Assembly (NCBI GenBank): GCA_016188005.1
Contig: JACPIQ010000012.1
Span: 15,224-79,223, forward strand
Length of the DNA stretch: 64,000 bases
Source: Candidatus Rokuibacteriota bacterium
GTDB lineage: Bacteria; Methylomirabilota; Methylomirabilia; Rokubacteriales; CSP1-6
Direction of reading: 5' to 3'
Part shown: piece by piece, positions 1-9,546 of the stretch
Position numbering within the stretch: the first letter of the stretch is position 1
Layout: each line of letters opens with the position of its first letter
Translations under genes and position numbers: made by a program
Notes under the pieces: generated by a model
The model's input: only the letters and a program-made list of their open reading frames with translations
Told to the model about the DNA's origin: nothing
Databases searched by the model: none

Positions 1-174
1 TGGCTGCGTACGCGCGGCTCGGTCATCGGGCGGGCGTGATCCGCTGCCTCTCGCAGAACCGGCCGCTGACCTGGCCGATCCGCTCCCGCCGCGGCCCGTG
101 AGCGCGCCGGCGGCCGCGGGACGGGTGCAAGAGTTGCAGCGGTCGTCTGCGGCTCCCTCGGACGGGAGAGCCGG

Positions 175-1527
175 CTACTCGATCTGATACCGGCGCAGCT
201 TGTAGTGCAGGGCCCGCGCGCTGATCCCGAGAGTCTTGGCGGCCCGTTCGCGGTGCGAGGTGACGTCCTGGAGCGTCTTCCGGATCACCTGCTCCTCGAC
301 CGCGTGGAGGGGGAGCCCCAGCGGGATGGTGATGCTTCGCTCCGGCGCTGACCCGGTCATGACGGTGGAGGGCAGGTGAATGGGGCGGATGAGGCGAGCC
401 CCGACGGTGACGACCAGCCGCTCCACGACATTTCGGAGCTCCCGGACATTGCCGGGCCAGGCGTACCCACGGAGCATCTGGAGCGCCGTGGCCGAGAAGG
501 ACTTCTCGGAGCAGCCGTACTGGGTGCAGAACTCCCGAAGAAACACCGTGGCGAGCAGGGGGATGTCCTCGGACCGGTCGCGAAGGGGAGGCAGGGTGAT
601 GGGCACCACGGCCAGCCGGTAGTAGAGGTCCTCGCGGAAGGCGCCGGTCTTCACGGCCTCGGCGAGGTCCTTGTTCGTCGCGGCGATGAAGCGGACGTCG
701 ACCGTCTTCGGCCGGTCCCCTCCGAGCCGGCGGACCTCCCGCTCCTGAAGCGCCCGGAGGAGATCGACCTGTGTCTTGGGGCTCATCTCGCCGACCTCGT
801 CCAGGAACAGGGTCCCGCCGTTCGCCTGCTCGACACGCCCGGCCCTGGTGCCGGCGGCGCCCGTGAAGGCACCCCGCTCGTAGCCGAACAGTTCCGACTC
901 GACCAGCGTCTCCGGCAGGGCCCCGCAGTTCAGCGTCACGAAGGGGCCCCCGCGCCGCGGGCTCCGGCTGTGGATGGCCCGTGCCACGAGCTCCTTGCCC
1001 GTCCCCGACTCGCCCATGATGAGGACCGTGGCCAGCGTGGGCGCCACCTGCCGCACCGTCTCGTGGGCTTTCCGCATCTGCACACTGCGGCCCACGATCA
1101 GGCCGAAGGCGGTCTTGATCGCGACGCGCTCTCGGAGCTCCCGTACCTCTTGCTTCAGGGCCCTGTGCTCCAGGGCCTTCGCCACGAGGTGCAGCAGCCG
1201 TTCCGGATCGACGGGCTTCACGAGATAGTCGTAGGCGCCCAGCTTCATCGCCTCGACGGCGCTCTCGACGCTCCCGTAGGCGGTGAGGAGGACGACTTCC
1301 GCTTCCGGGAAGTGTTGCTTGGCCGCTTTGAGGACCTCGAGGCCCCCGGTCCCGACCATGCGCAGGTCGGTGATCACCAGCTCGACCCCCCCGTCCTGGA
1401 GCGCCGCGAGCGCCTCCTCGCCGCTGGCGGCCGCCCCCACCTCGTGGCCCGCCTTCTCGAGGAGCCTGGCGAGCGCCTCGCGGATGTTGCGCTCGTCGTC
1501 GACGACGAGGACGCGACCGGCCATCAC
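175..1527 (-). CDS. sigma-54-dependent Fis-family response regulator (NtrC-like)
   Basis: N-terminal receiver domain (VLVVDDE...LRMV..GG...KP). Central AAA+ sigma54-interaction domain with Walker A GESGTGKE and GAFTGA motif. C-terminal HTH. 4-nt overlap with the kinase gene. Confidence 0.9.
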   Translation of the reverse strand: MMAGRVLVVDDERNIREALARLLEKAGHEVGAAASGEEALAALQDGGVELVITDLRMVGTGGLEVLKAAKQHFPEAEVVLLTAYGSVESAVEAMKLGAYDYLVKPVDPERLLHLVAKALEHRALKQEVRELRERVAIKTAFGLIVGRSVQMRKAHETVRQVAPTLATVLIMGESGTGKELVARAIHSRSPRRGGPFVTLNCGALPETLVESELFGYERGAFTGAAGTRAGRVEQANGGTLFLDEVGEMSPKTQVDLLRALQEREVRRLGGDRPKTVDVRFIAATNKDLAEAVKTGAFREDLYYRLAVVPITLPPLRDRSEDIPLLATVFLREFCTQYGCSEKSFSATALQMLRGYAWPGNVRELRNVVERLVVTVGARLIRPIHLPSTVMTGSAPERSITIPLGLPLHAVEEQVIRKTLQDVTSHRERAAKTLGISARALHYKLRRYQIE

Positions 1528-2903
1528 CCCTCCTCGCGAGGTCTCCCGACCTCACTGAGCGGGAGCCGGATGATCATCGTGGTCCCGCTCCCGAGCTGGC
1601 TCTCGACATCGATGCTGCCCTCGTGCCCCTGCACGATCCGGTGAGCGATGGCCAGGCCGAGGCCGACCCCGCTGGGCCGCGTCGTGAAGTACGGATCGAA
1701 CACGTGGGGAAGAACGTCCTCGGCAATCCCGGGCCCCGTGTCCCTGACGCTCACCTCGGCCCAGCCGCCATCCCGTCGCGTCGTCACCGCGAGGGCCCCC
1801 CCGTTCGGCATGGCCTGTAGCGCGTTGATCATCACGTTGAGGAACACCTGGGAGAGCTGTCCCTCGTCACCGAGGATCCTCGTGAGCGCGGGATCGAGAC
1901 GGCTCTCGATGGCGACGCCGTGGCTGGCAGCCTCGAATGCGACCAGGCCGAGCACACGCTCGACGAGGCCAGCGATCTCCACCGGCTTGAACTCGGGCAC
2001 CAGGGGCTTCGAGAAGCGGAGAAAGTTCTCCACGATTCGATCGAGGTGCTGCAGCTCGGATCGGAGGACGTCGAAATACCCGCGGATCGCGGCCCCGGGA
2101 GGCGGCCCGGGCGCGAGCTCGGCCTGGAGCAGATGGAGGTTCAGGCCCAGGGCGTGGAGCGGGTTCTTCACTTCGTGGGCGACGCCGGCAGCGAGCGTCC
2201 CCAGCGCGGCCAGCTTGTCGGATCTCCGGAGCTGCAGCTCGAGCCGGCTCACCTCCGTGATGTCGCGGAGCAGCACCACCAGGCCGTCCGTCTCGCCGGA
2301 CTCGTCCCGCAGGTCCGACGCCGAGGCGCGCACGGTCGCCCGCCGGCTTCCCTCCGCCGTCAACGCGAAGTCGCGCTCCTGATGAAGGCGATCTCCTGCG
2401 AGGGCGCCGAGGACCCACGCCGTGAGCTCCGGGACGGCCTGCAAGGCCTCGCCCACGGGCCGGCCCCGGATCGCGGAGGCCCGGAGACCCAGCAGGCGCT
2501 CGCCCGGGCCGTTCAGCGAGGTGACGGCGCCGCCCGCGTCGAGGGTCAGGACGCCCGTCGGGATGCTCTCCAGGATGTTCCGCATCAGGCTCTTGACGCG
2601 CTCGAACGTCTCGGCGACAGCCCGGTAGTTCTGGTAGGCGCCGAACAGGACGATGCCGATGGCGGCGAGCACGAGGAGCGCCGCGAAGGTCGCGACCAGT
2701 TCCGGCCAGCTCAGCCCCCGGACGAGGCTGGAGGGATCCGGTGGGGGAACGGGAAGTCCCGAGGCCAGGAGCCGGTGCCGCTCGTACTGGATCCCGACCG
2801 CGACCCCGGCGGCGAGGAGGAGGGCGACGAGGGCGAAGGCCGAGAGCGGCAACCAGACGGGGACCGATCCGAACGAGACACGCGGGGGGCCGGGGCGAAA
2901 CAT
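1524..2903 (-). CDS. sensor histidine kinase (HAMP/PAS, HisKA, HATPase_c)
   Basis: Two N-terminal hydrophobic segments. H-box HEVKNPLHAL. C-terminal ATPase boxes (DTGPGI, GLGLAIAHRIV). Start overlaps the regulator gene start by 4 nt, a classic two-component operon. Confidence 0.85.
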   Translation of the reverse strand: MFRPGPPRVSFGSVPVWLPLSAFALVALLLAAGVAVGIQYERHRLLASGLPVPPPDPSSLVRGLSWPELVATFAALLVLAAIGIVLFGAYQNYRAVAETFERVKSLMRNILESIPTGVLTLDAGGAVTSLNGPGERLLGLRASAIRGRPVGEALQAVPELTAWVLGALAGDRLHQERDFALTAEGSRRATVRASASDLRDESGETDGLVVLLRDITEVSRLELQLRRSDKLAALGTLAAGVAHEVKNPLHALGLNLHLLQAELAPGPPPGAAIRGYFDVLRSELQHLDRIVENFLRFSKPLVPEFKPVEIAGLVERVLGLVAFEAASHGVAIESRLDPALTRILGDEGQLSQVFLNVMINALQAMPNGGALAVTTRRDGGWAEVSVRDTGPGIAEDVLPHVFDPYFTTRPSGVGLGLAIAHRIVQGHEGSIDVESQLGSGTTMIIRLPLSEVGRPREEG

Positions 2904-3074
2904 TCAGCTCGCGCCGGCGGACCGGTCGCTCGCGGCCCGGTCACGGCAGGTCATCGTCCCGATCGGCGCGAGAGTCCAGCGACTGGCTCGTCTCCATCTC
3001 GTCGGCCCATCTTGAGGGGTACTCGCGGCCACTGTAGCACTCGCCTCGGCGTCGGGAAAGGGTGCGGAGGCCGG

Positions 3075-3104
3075 TTGACCGTCTTCCCGCCGGCGTGCTA
3101 GATA
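3075..3104 (+). promoter_or_regulatory. candidate sigma70-type promoter (TTGACC-N18-TAGATA) for the acyl-CoA dehydrogenase operon
   Basis: Hexamers read directly in the 240-bp divergent intergenic region between the kinase and ACAD genes. Spacing is acceptable. Coordinates approximate. Confidence 0.3.
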
Positions 3105-3142
3105 ACGGGTGACCGCGTCCCTCGACACCCAGGAGGCTCCCC

Positions 3143-4360
3143 ATGGATCTCAACTACACCGCCGAGGACACCGCCTTCCGCAAGAAGGTGCGCGCCTGGC
3201 TCGAGCAGAACCTGCCGCGGACGCCGATCCGCACGCTCGACGAGCGGCGCGCCTGGCACCGCAAGCTCTGCGAGGCCGGCTACCTGGGCATGGGCTGGCC
3301 GAAGGCGTACGGGGGAGGCGACGCGCGGCCCATGGAGCAGGCCATCGTGGCCGACGAGCTGGCGCGGGCCTGCGCCCCGGCTCCCACGAACGCCCTCGGG
3401 CTCGGCATCGTGGGCCCCACCATCGTGGTCCATGGCACCGAGGCGCAGAAGAAGCGGTACCTCAGGAAGATCCTCATGGCGGAGGAGCTGTGGTGCCAGC
3501 TCTACTCGGAGCCCAACGCGGGCAGCGACCTGGCCGCGCTCAGGGCCAGCGCCGAGGACAGGGGCGACCACTTCATCGTCAACGGGCAGAAGACCTGGAC
3601 CAGCGCCGGCTCCATCGCCGACTGGGGCCTGCTCCTGGCCCGCACCGACCCGGCCGTGGCCAAGCACAAGGGCATCACGTGCCTGCTCATGAACATGCGC
3701 CAGCCGGGCGTCGAGGTGCGGCCGCTCAAGCAGATCACCGGGTCGTCGGAGTTCTCCGAGGTGTTCATGACCAACGCCCGCGTCGAGAAGTCGGATCAGG
3801 TCGGCCGGCTCGGCGAGGGCTGGGCCATCGCCCAGACGACGCTCGGCTACGAGCGCGGGGGCCGCGCGCTGGCCCGCATCACGAGCTACGCCTCGCAGTA
3901 CGGCCGGCTCGTGGAGGCGGCCCGGCGGATCCGGCGGCACGGCCGTCCGCTCGTCGACGATCCCATCATCCGCCAGAAGCTCGGGCGCATCTGGGCCGAG
4001 CTCGAGGTGGAGCGCTACGGCGCGCTCCGGATGCTCACGCTGCTCGAGCGGGGCGAGCACCCCGGCGCCGGCGGCTCCCTGAGCAAGCTCTCCTACTCGG
4101 AGTTCGAGAAGCGCTTCATGGAGCTCGCGATGGAGATCCTGGGGCCCTACGGCCAGCTCACCGAAGGCGCGCCCGAGGAGCTCCGGCTCGAAATCGACAC
4201 CGCCGTGGGCGAGCAGGGGACCTGGGCCTACGCCTTCCTCTGGTCGCGCGCCGGCACGATCTACGCTGGCTCCTCGGAGATCCAGAAGAACGTCATCGGG
4301 GAGCGCATCCTGGGGCTCCCCAAGGAAACGCGCGCCGACCGCGTCGGAGGCGCCCGATGA
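3143..4360 (+). CDS. acyl-CoA dehydrogenase family protein
   Basis: 405 aa. ACAD N-terminal/middle/C-terminal pattern (WPKAYGG...YSEPNAGSDLA...GQKTWTSAG). Stop overlaps the next start (ATGA). Confidence 0.85.
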   Translation: MDLNYTAEDTAFRKKVRAWLEQNLPRTPIRTLDERRAWHRKLCEAGYLGMGWPKAYGGGDARPMEQAIVADELARACAPAPTNALGLGIVGPTIVVHGTEAQKKRYLRKILMAEELWCQLYSEPNAGSDLAALRASAEDRGDHFIVNGQKTWTSAGSIADWGLLLARTDPAVAKHKGITCLLMNMRQPGVEVRPLKQITGSSEFSEVFMTNARVEKSDQVGRLGEGWAIAQTTLGYERGGRALARITSYASQYGRLVEAARRIRRHGRPLVDDPIIRQKLGRIWAELEVERYGALRMLTLLERGEHPGAGGSLSKLSYSEFEKRFMELAMEILGPYGQLTEGAPEELRLEIDTAVGEQGTWAYAFLWSRAGTIYAGSSEIQKNVIGERILGLPKETRADRVGGAR

Positions 4361-5484
4361 ACTTCTCCTTCAGCGAAGACCAGGTCCTCCTCCGCAACTC
4401 GGTGCGCGCCTTCCTCGACGAGCAGTGCAAGCCCGCGCACGTCCGGGCCATGATGCACGATCCGCGCGGGTACGATCCGGGGCTCTGGAGCGAGATGGCG
4501 AAGCTCGGCTGGCTCGGCCTGCCCTTCCCCGAGAAGCATGGCGGCGCCGGCCTCGGCATGGTCGAGCTGGCGATCGCCATCGAGGAGCTGGGACGCGCCG
4601 CCTATCCCGGCCCCTATCTCCCCAGCGTGGTCCTGGGGGGCGTCGGGCTCCTGCTGGGCGGCTCGGGCGGGCAGAAGGACACGTGGCTCCCGGCCATCGC
4701 GTCCGGCGAGAAGCGCGCCACCGCCGCCCTGATCGAGGAGACGCTCGACTGGGATCCCGCCTCCACGACGGCCACCGCGGTCAGGTCCGGCGACGGCTGG
4801 AAGGTCTCGGGGCTGAAGCGGTTCGTGCCGTGGGCGCATGTGGCCGACGTCGTGCTGGTGCCGGCCCGCGGCCCCGAGGGGCTGTCGCTCTTCCTCGTGG
4901 ACCCGAGGCAGGCGGGCGTCACGCTCAGCCGCATGGTCGGCATCGACCTCGGCAGCCGCTGGTCCGAGCTGCGGCTCGAGAACGTCGGGGTGGGGGCCAA
5001 CGCCGTCGTCGGCCAGCCGGGCGGCGCCGGCCCGCTGCTCGAGGCCCTGCTCCGGCGGGCCGCCGTCTGCGCCTCCGCCGAGATGCTGGGCGCCGCGCGC
5101 CGGTGCGTCGACATGAGCGTGGAGTACGCGAAGGTGCGCGAGCAGTTCGGCCAGCCCATCGGCTCCTTTCAGGCCATCCGGCATCGCTGCGCCGAGATGC
5201 TGCTGGAGACGGAGAACTCCCACTCGGCGGTGTACTACGCCGCCTGGGCGCTGGAAGCGGGGGCCGAGGACGCCGCCGTCGCGGCCTCCATCTGCAAGTC
5301 CTACGTGAGCGAGTCCGCGCGGCGGGCCTGCGGGGACGCCATCCAGGTGCACGGGGGCATCGGGTTCACCTGGGAGTATGATCTCCACCTCTACATGAAG
5401 CGCGCCAAGGCGCTGGAGCCCCTCTTCGGCGACGCCGAGTTCCACCGGGAGCTGGTCGCCCGCCACGTCGCCGGAGCCCGATGA
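4357..5484 (+). CDS. acyl-CoA dehydrogenase family protein (second subunit/paralogue)
   Basis: 375 aa in frame inside a longer artefactual ORF. Starts MNFSFSEDQVLLRNSVRAFLDEQ. ACAD C-terminal region (IQVHGGIGFTWEYDLHLYMKRAK). Translationally coupled to both neighbours. Confidence 0.8.
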   Translation: MNFSFSEDQVLLRNSVRAFLDEQCKPAHVRAMMHDPRGYDPGLWSEMAKLGWLGLPFPEKHGGAGLGMVELAIAIEELGRAAYPGPYLPSVVLGGVGLLLGGSGGQKDTWLPAIASGEKRATAALIEETLDWDPASTTATAVRSGDGWKVSGLKRFVPWAHVADVVLVPARGPEGLSLFLVDPRQAGVTLSRMVGIDLGSRWSELRLENVGVGANAVVGQPGGAGPLLEALLRRAAVCASAEMLGAARRCVDMSVEYAKVREQFGQPIGSFQAIRHRCAEMLLETENSHSAVYYAAWALEAGAEDAAVAASICKSYVSESARRACGDAIQVHGGIGFTWEYDLHLYMKRAKALEPLFGDAEFHRELVARHVAGAR

Positions 5485-6722
5485 AGCGAGCGCCGCGCGA
5501 GACGACATCTCCAGGCCGTCGGCACCCCCTCGCCCGCCGGGGGGGAGCCAAGGGGACAGGGGCCCGGGGCGAGGGGGGCCCGCTCAGGGGCGTGCGGGTG
5601 ATCGACCTCACCTCCTACATCGCCGGCTCCTACGCGGCCATGATGCTGGCCGACCTCGGGGCCGACGTCATCAAGGTCGAGTCGCTCGAGGGCGACTCCT
5701 TCCGCGAGCTGCCGGGCTTCTTCGGCTGGAACCGCGGCAAGCGCTCCATCGCCGTCAACCTGAAGACACCGGACGGCCGCGCCATCGCCCACCGCCTCGC
5801 GCGCACCGCGGACGTGGCGATGGAGAACATGCGCCCGGGCGTGGCCGACCGGCTCGGCGTGGGCTACAGGGACCTGCGCCGGCGGAACCCGCGGATCATC
5901 TACTCCTCCGCCACCGCCTTCGGCTCCGAGGGGCCGTACCGCGACCGCCCCGGCTTCGATCCCCTCGCCCAGGCCATGGGCGGGGTCATGGCGATCCAGG
6001 GCTTCGGGGGGCCGCCGCAGTACATGCGCATCGCGGTCACCGACTACTACACGGCCGCGCTCTCCTGCCAGGCGATCCTGGCCGCGCTCTTCGCCCGCGA
6101 GCGCACCGGCCGCGGCCAGCGCGTCGAGACCTCGCTGCTCCAGGGCGTGCTGGCGCTGCAGTCCGGCAACGTGGTCGACTATGCGGGCAAGCAGCACGTC
6201 TTCCGCGACAACCCGACCTATCGCCTCTATCGCGCGGGCGACGGCGAGTGGTTCTTCCTCGCCTGCGGCAACCAGGCCTTCTGGGGCAAGCTCTGCCAGG
6301 TCATCGGCCGCCCCGACCTCATCGACGACCCGCGCTTCGGCTCCTGGCTCCTGAGACTGGACAACCGCGAGGCGCTCATGCCGCTGCTGGAGGCGACCTT
6401 CGCCTCCCGGCCGCGCGCCGAGTGGCTGAAGGTCCTCGCGGACCACGACATCCCGGCAGCGGGCACCCGGACGCTGCTGGAGTGCATGGACGATCCCGCC
6501 GTGCAGCAGCTCGGGATGATCGTCACCTATGACCACCCGGAGGTCGGCCGGCTGCGCATGATGGGCCCGCCGCTCCGCTTCTCCGACACCCAGGCCCCCG
6601 ATGCCGGCCCGCCGCCCGTGCTGGGCCAGCACACCGACGAGGTGCTGCGCGAGGTCGGCTTCGGCCCACGCGCCGTCGCGGGTCTTCGCCGCCGCGGCAT
6701 CGTCGCAGGGCAGCGGCCCTGA
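5481..6722 (+). CDS. CoA-transferase family III (CaiB/BaiF-like)
   Basis: GVRVIDLTSYIAGSYAAMMLADLGADVIKVE signature and conserved Asp region (AVTDYYTAA). Start overlaps the ACAD stop. Confidence 0.8.
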   Translation: MKRAPRETTSPGRRHPLARRGGAKGTGARGEGGPLRGVRVIDLTSYIAGSYAAMMLADLGADVIKVESLEGDSFRELPGFFGWNRGKRSIAVNLKTPDGRAIAHRLARTADVAMENMRPGVADRLGVGYRDLRRRNPRIIYSSATAFGSEGPYRDRPGFDPLAQAMGGVMAIQGFGGPPQYMRIAVTDYYTAALSCQAILAALFARERTGRGQRVETSLLQGVLALQSGNVVDYAGKQHVFRDNPTYRLYRAGDGEWFFLACGNQAFWGKLCQVIGRPDLIDDPRFGSWLLRLDNREALMPLLEATFASRPRAEWLKVLADHDIPAAGTRTLLECMDDPAVQQLGMIVTYDHPEVGRLRMMGPPLRFSDTQAPDAGPPPVLGQHTDEVLREVGFGPRAVAGLRRRGIVAGQRP

Positions 6723-6871
6723 CGAGCGGAGCCACCGGCCCCGCGCGCTCGCCCCGCACGAGGCGCTTCGCCTACTTCACGAAGCTCACCCGGCGGCAGC
6801 AGGCGATCTACCTCCGGAGCGACGGGATCACGGCCGTCCCGCTGCCGCGGGCCGCCGCGCTCCGGCCGCTC

Positions 6872-7735
6872 GTGACCGAGCTGGCCGAGGCGCTCCGCAG
6901 CGAGGACCGCCCGCCGACCGAGCGGGCGGCTCAGCGGCTCGTGGCGGCCGTGGCCTCGGCCCTCGGTATGCCCACCGTGAGGGTGCAGGTGCTGGCGGCC
7001 CGCCCCCACGCGAAGTGGGGAGAGCTGCACGGGCTCTACGAGACGGGGCGGCGGCCCGGCCAGCCGCCGCTCATCACGCTCTGGATGCGGACGGCCCGGC
7101 AGAAGCGGGTCGTCGCGTTCCGGACCTTTCTCCGCACGCTGCTCCACGAGATGGGGCATCATCTGGACTACACGCTCTTGCGGCTCGGCGACTCGCTCCA
7201 CACGCAGGGCTTCTACCAGCGCGAGTCGCATCTCTTCCACCAGCTCGTCACCGACGAAGGTCAGGCCATGGCGACGATCGAGGAGCAGATGGCGCGGATG
7301 GGGCGGACAGCGGACGACTTCTCGGCGGCCATCAACGGGGTGCCGGAGGCGACCCTCGCCCGGCGGCCCGACCCGAAGAACTGGGCGCCGAAGGAGATCG
7401 TCTGCCACATCCGGGACACCGAGGAGGGGTTCATGGGGCGCTTCCAGGCCATCCTCGCCATGGAAGAGCCGAGGTTCCTCCCCGTGGAGCCCGACCGCTG
7501 GGCCACCGAGCGCCAGTACCTCCGCAACGATGCCGCCGAGGCCCTGGCCGCCTTCCGGGGGCGGCGCGCCGAGACGCTGGCCTTCCTGCGCCATCTCGCC
7601 CCGGATCAGCTGGAGCGGGCCGGAGTCCACGCCACGCGCGGGCGCATGACGATCAAGGACTTCATCGGCATGATGGCGTGGCACGACGACAACCACCTCG
7701 ACCAGCTCAAGCGGGCCCTCGACGGCAAGCCGTAG
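6872..7735 (+). CDS. two-domain protein: N-terminal HExxH-motif metallo-hydrolase-like domain fused to C-terminal DinB_2 (DinB/YfiT-like) domain
   Basis: N-terminal half carries LLHEMGHHLDY (an HExxH zinc-binding-type motif). C-terminal ~155 aa (from internal Met near 7268) has a DinB-like His pattern (HIRDTEE...WHDDNHLDQL). There is no stop between the two halves. The start is uncertain because the reading frame is open upstream to ~6725 with no ATG. Confidence 0.5.
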   Translation: MTELAEALRSEDRPPTERAAQRLVAAVASALGMPTVRVQVLAARPHAKWGELHGLYETGRRPGQPPLITLWMRTARQKRVVAFRTFLRTLLHEMGHHLDYTLLRLGDSLHTQGFYQRESHLFHQLVTDEGQAMATIEEQMARMGRTADDFSAAINGVPEATLARRPDPKNWAPKEIVCHIRDTEEGFMGRFQAILAMEEPRFLPVEPDRWATERQYLRNDAAEALAAFRGRRAETLAFLRHLAPDQLERAGVHATRGRMTIKDFIGMMAWHDDNHLDQLKRALDGKP

Positions 7736-7740
7736 CGGCC

Positions 7741-7887
7741 CTTGGGGTCAGATCTTGCAAACCGACACGGAGCCCCGGCCCCAGTGCCATTACCCTCCGA
7801 GCGGCACACGATGACCAGTCCCTGAGCCGTAGGCCAACGCAAGACCGCACTCCTGCCAATGTCGGAATGCAAGACCTGACCCCAAGG
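7741..7887. repeat. ~145-bp palindromic MITE-like repeat, copy 1 (25-bp terminal inverted repeats GGGGTCAGRTCTTGCAWWCCGACA)
   Basis: The two ends are reverse complements of each other (GGGGTCAGATCTTGCAAACCGACAC ... GTCGGAATGCAAGACCTGACCCC). A second copy lies at 8420-8580, and the ends are conserved between copies while the middles diverge. Confidence 0.55.
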
Positions 7888-8292
7888 TCAGCAGTACAGC
7901 CTCCCGGTCTGGATGGCCCGGTGGTGGTGGAAGAGCGTCCACTCGAGCGCGCGGGGCGTCACCCGCCGCTCGCGGGCGTGGCGGCGCAGCTCACGCAGGT
8001 AGAGGAGCCACTGCTCCACCGTGAAGCCGCGGCCGCGGGGGTTGACGCCCACGGACCGGAGCGCGAAGAGCAGCTGCCAGACGCGGATGTCGAGCACGCC
8101 GTAGCGGATGGGATCGAGCAGCGTCAGGATCGCCGAGGCCATGGCCACGCTGACGCCGCGGAGTCCCACCAGCAACTGCATGCGGCGGCGCTCGCTGCGC
8201 GTCGCCAGGACGTCGCGGGAGACCGCCCGGATCGTGGCCGCCCGATTGCGCCGGCACTGCGGGAGCGCCCGCGGGCTCTTCCAGCGGCACAT
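7888..8292 (-). CDS. small helix-hairpin-helix (HhH) motif protein, EndoIII-like fragment, function unknown
   Basis: HhH-like LVGLRGVSVAMASAILTLLDPIRYGVLDIRVWQLL. Start taken at the internal ATG (MCRWKSP) preceded by GGAG. Alternative TTG start near 8412. The stop codon lies inside repeat copy 1, and the gene is exactly bracketed by the two repeat copies. Confidence 0.4.
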   Translation of the reverse strand: MCRWKSPRALPQCRRNRAATIRAVSRDVLATRSERRRMQLLVGLRGVSVAMASAILTLLDPIRYGVLDIRVWQLLFALRSVGVNPRGRGFTVEQWLLYLRELRRHARERRVTPRALEWTLFHHHRAIQTGRLYC

Positions 8293-8419
8293 GGCGAGGA
8301 ACTCCGCGCGGCTGAAGCCGCTGGCGCTCCTCACGTGGCGGAGGCGGCGGATGAGCGCCGCGGTGTCGGGGTCCTCCTCGACGATCGGCAGGTGCCCGAG
8401 GAGGCCACGCAAGCCCCGG

Positions 8420-8580
8420 CCCCGCCCGGGGTCAGGTCTTGAAAAGCGACACGTGGCCCTGGCCCCGACGCTGCTGCGCCCCCGCTCCAGCTTGATGAAC
8501 AGCGCCGTCACCGATACCACGATGCAAGATCGGGCCCCTGCCGATGTTGGAATGCAAGACCTGACCCCGACGGTCAGGTG
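8420..8580. repeat. ~160-bp palindromic MITE-like repeat, copy 2
   Basis: GGGGTCAGGTCTTGAAAAGCGACACG ... GTTGGAATGCAAGACCTGACCCCGACGGTCAG. Same terminal inverted repeats as copy 1. The stop of the downstream LLM gene falls in its right arm. Confidence 0.55.
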
Positions 8581-9536
8581 GCCGCGCCGGCTTCGAGGGT
8601 CGGAAGATAGTGCCGCGCGTCGGGGAAGCCGATGGGGCGGATGGCCGGCAGGGTGACGCCGGCCTCGCGGTGGGCGGCGACGAAGTCCTGGAGCGCCCGG
8701 TAGTCGCCGACGGCGCCCAGCGCCGCCGCGAGGCGATCGGGCACGGCCTCGGGGCCGGGGGCGCGGTCGTAGGCGGCGAGCTCGGCCGCGAAGCCGCTCC
8801 CGACCAGCATGGCGCGGTAGAAGGGCAGCGCGAGATAGCGCGTGAGCTCCGCCTTGAAGAGCGCCGTCGCCGCCGTCCGCTCCACCGTGAGCGCGGCGGG
8901 CACCGCCGCCACCACCTCGAAGCCGTCCGGCGGCTTCCCCGCGCGCGCGCGCCCGCCCCTGATCGCGGGCAGCGCCACGCGGCGGATGTACTCCGGCGCG
9001 CAGAGCCAGAGCACGACCCCATCGGCGATCTCCCCGGCCAGCTCGAGCATGCGCGGCCCGAGCCCGGCCAGGAGCAGGGACGGCGCGGCCGGCAGCCGTG
9101 GAAGCCCGCTCTGCCACGCCACGCGGTAGCGAGCGCCTGCGTGCTCGACGCGCCCCGTGAGGGCGCTGCGCAGCACGGCGACGTATTCCCGCATCACCTC
9201 GAGGGGCTCGCCCATGGGGAGCCCCAGCGCCTGCTCCATGGACGCGCGGTGGCTCACGCCGATGCCGAGACGGAGACGTCCGCCCGTCACGTCCTGGAGG
9301 GTGAGCGCCTCCTGGGCCAGCAGCACCGGGTGCCGCGGGTAGATCGGGACGACACCCGTCCCGAGCCCCACGTGCGGCGCGACCTGCCCGTAGGCGGCGA
9401 GGACCAGGAACGCATCGCGCCCCAGGCCATGCGTGGTCCAGAGGCTCTCGTAGCCCAGCCCCTCCGCGCGAGCGGCCAGCGTCACCGCGGCGCCGAGATC
9501 GGCGCCGGAGTTGAGGAAGGCCGCGATGCGCGCCAT
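8574..9536 (-). CDS. LLM-class (luciferase-like) flavin/F420-dependent oxidoreductase
   Basis: Real start MARIAAFLNS, internal to a longer ORF. TIM-barrel LLM pattern (GLGYESLWTTHG...LGIGVSH...). Confidence 0.8.
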   Translation of the reverse strand: MARIAAFLNSGADLGAAVTLAARAEGLGYESLWTTHGLGRDAFLVLAAYGQVAPHVGLGTGVVPIYPRHPVLLAQEALTLQDVTGGRLRLGIGVSHRASMEQALGLPMGEPLEVMREYVAVLRSALTGRVEHAGARYRVAWQSGLPRLPAAPSLLLAGLGPRMLELAGEIADGVVLWLCAPEYIRRVALPAIRGGRARAGKPPDGFEVVAAVPAALTVERTAATALFKAELTRYLALPFYRAMLVGSGFAAELAAYDRAPGPEAVPDRLAAALGAVGDYRALQDFVAAHREAGVTLPAIRPIGFPDARHYLPTLEAGAAT

Positions 9537-9546
9537 GGGGGCGCTC

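Noticed and set aside
23-1555. 510-aa Arg/Gly/Pro-rich ORF on the minus strand overlapping the NtrC-like gene
   Set aside because: Alternative-frame artefact typical of high-GC DNA. It has no domain signal, and the other frame encodes a clear sigma54 response regulator.
3109-5484. 791-aa plus-strand ORF
   Set aside because: The first two thirds are a read-through in a wrong frame. Only the last 375 aa (from 4357) encode the second acyl-CoA dehydrogenase, and the first ACAD is in another frame (3143-4360).
7888-8412. Idea that the small protein between the palindromic repeats is a REP-associated tyrosine transposase (RAYT)
   Set aside because: It has an HHH run and a Tyr only 9 residues later at the extreme C-terminus. 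RAYT/IS200 enzymes have HuH near the middle and the catalytic Tyr ~60 residues downstream. The rest matches a helix-hairpin-helix DNA-binding motif instead.
6601-8442. 613-aa plus-strand ORF spanning the DinB-like gene, repeat copy 1 and the HhH gene
   Set aside because: Low-complexity Arg/Ala/Pro translation across known genes and a repeat. Not coding.
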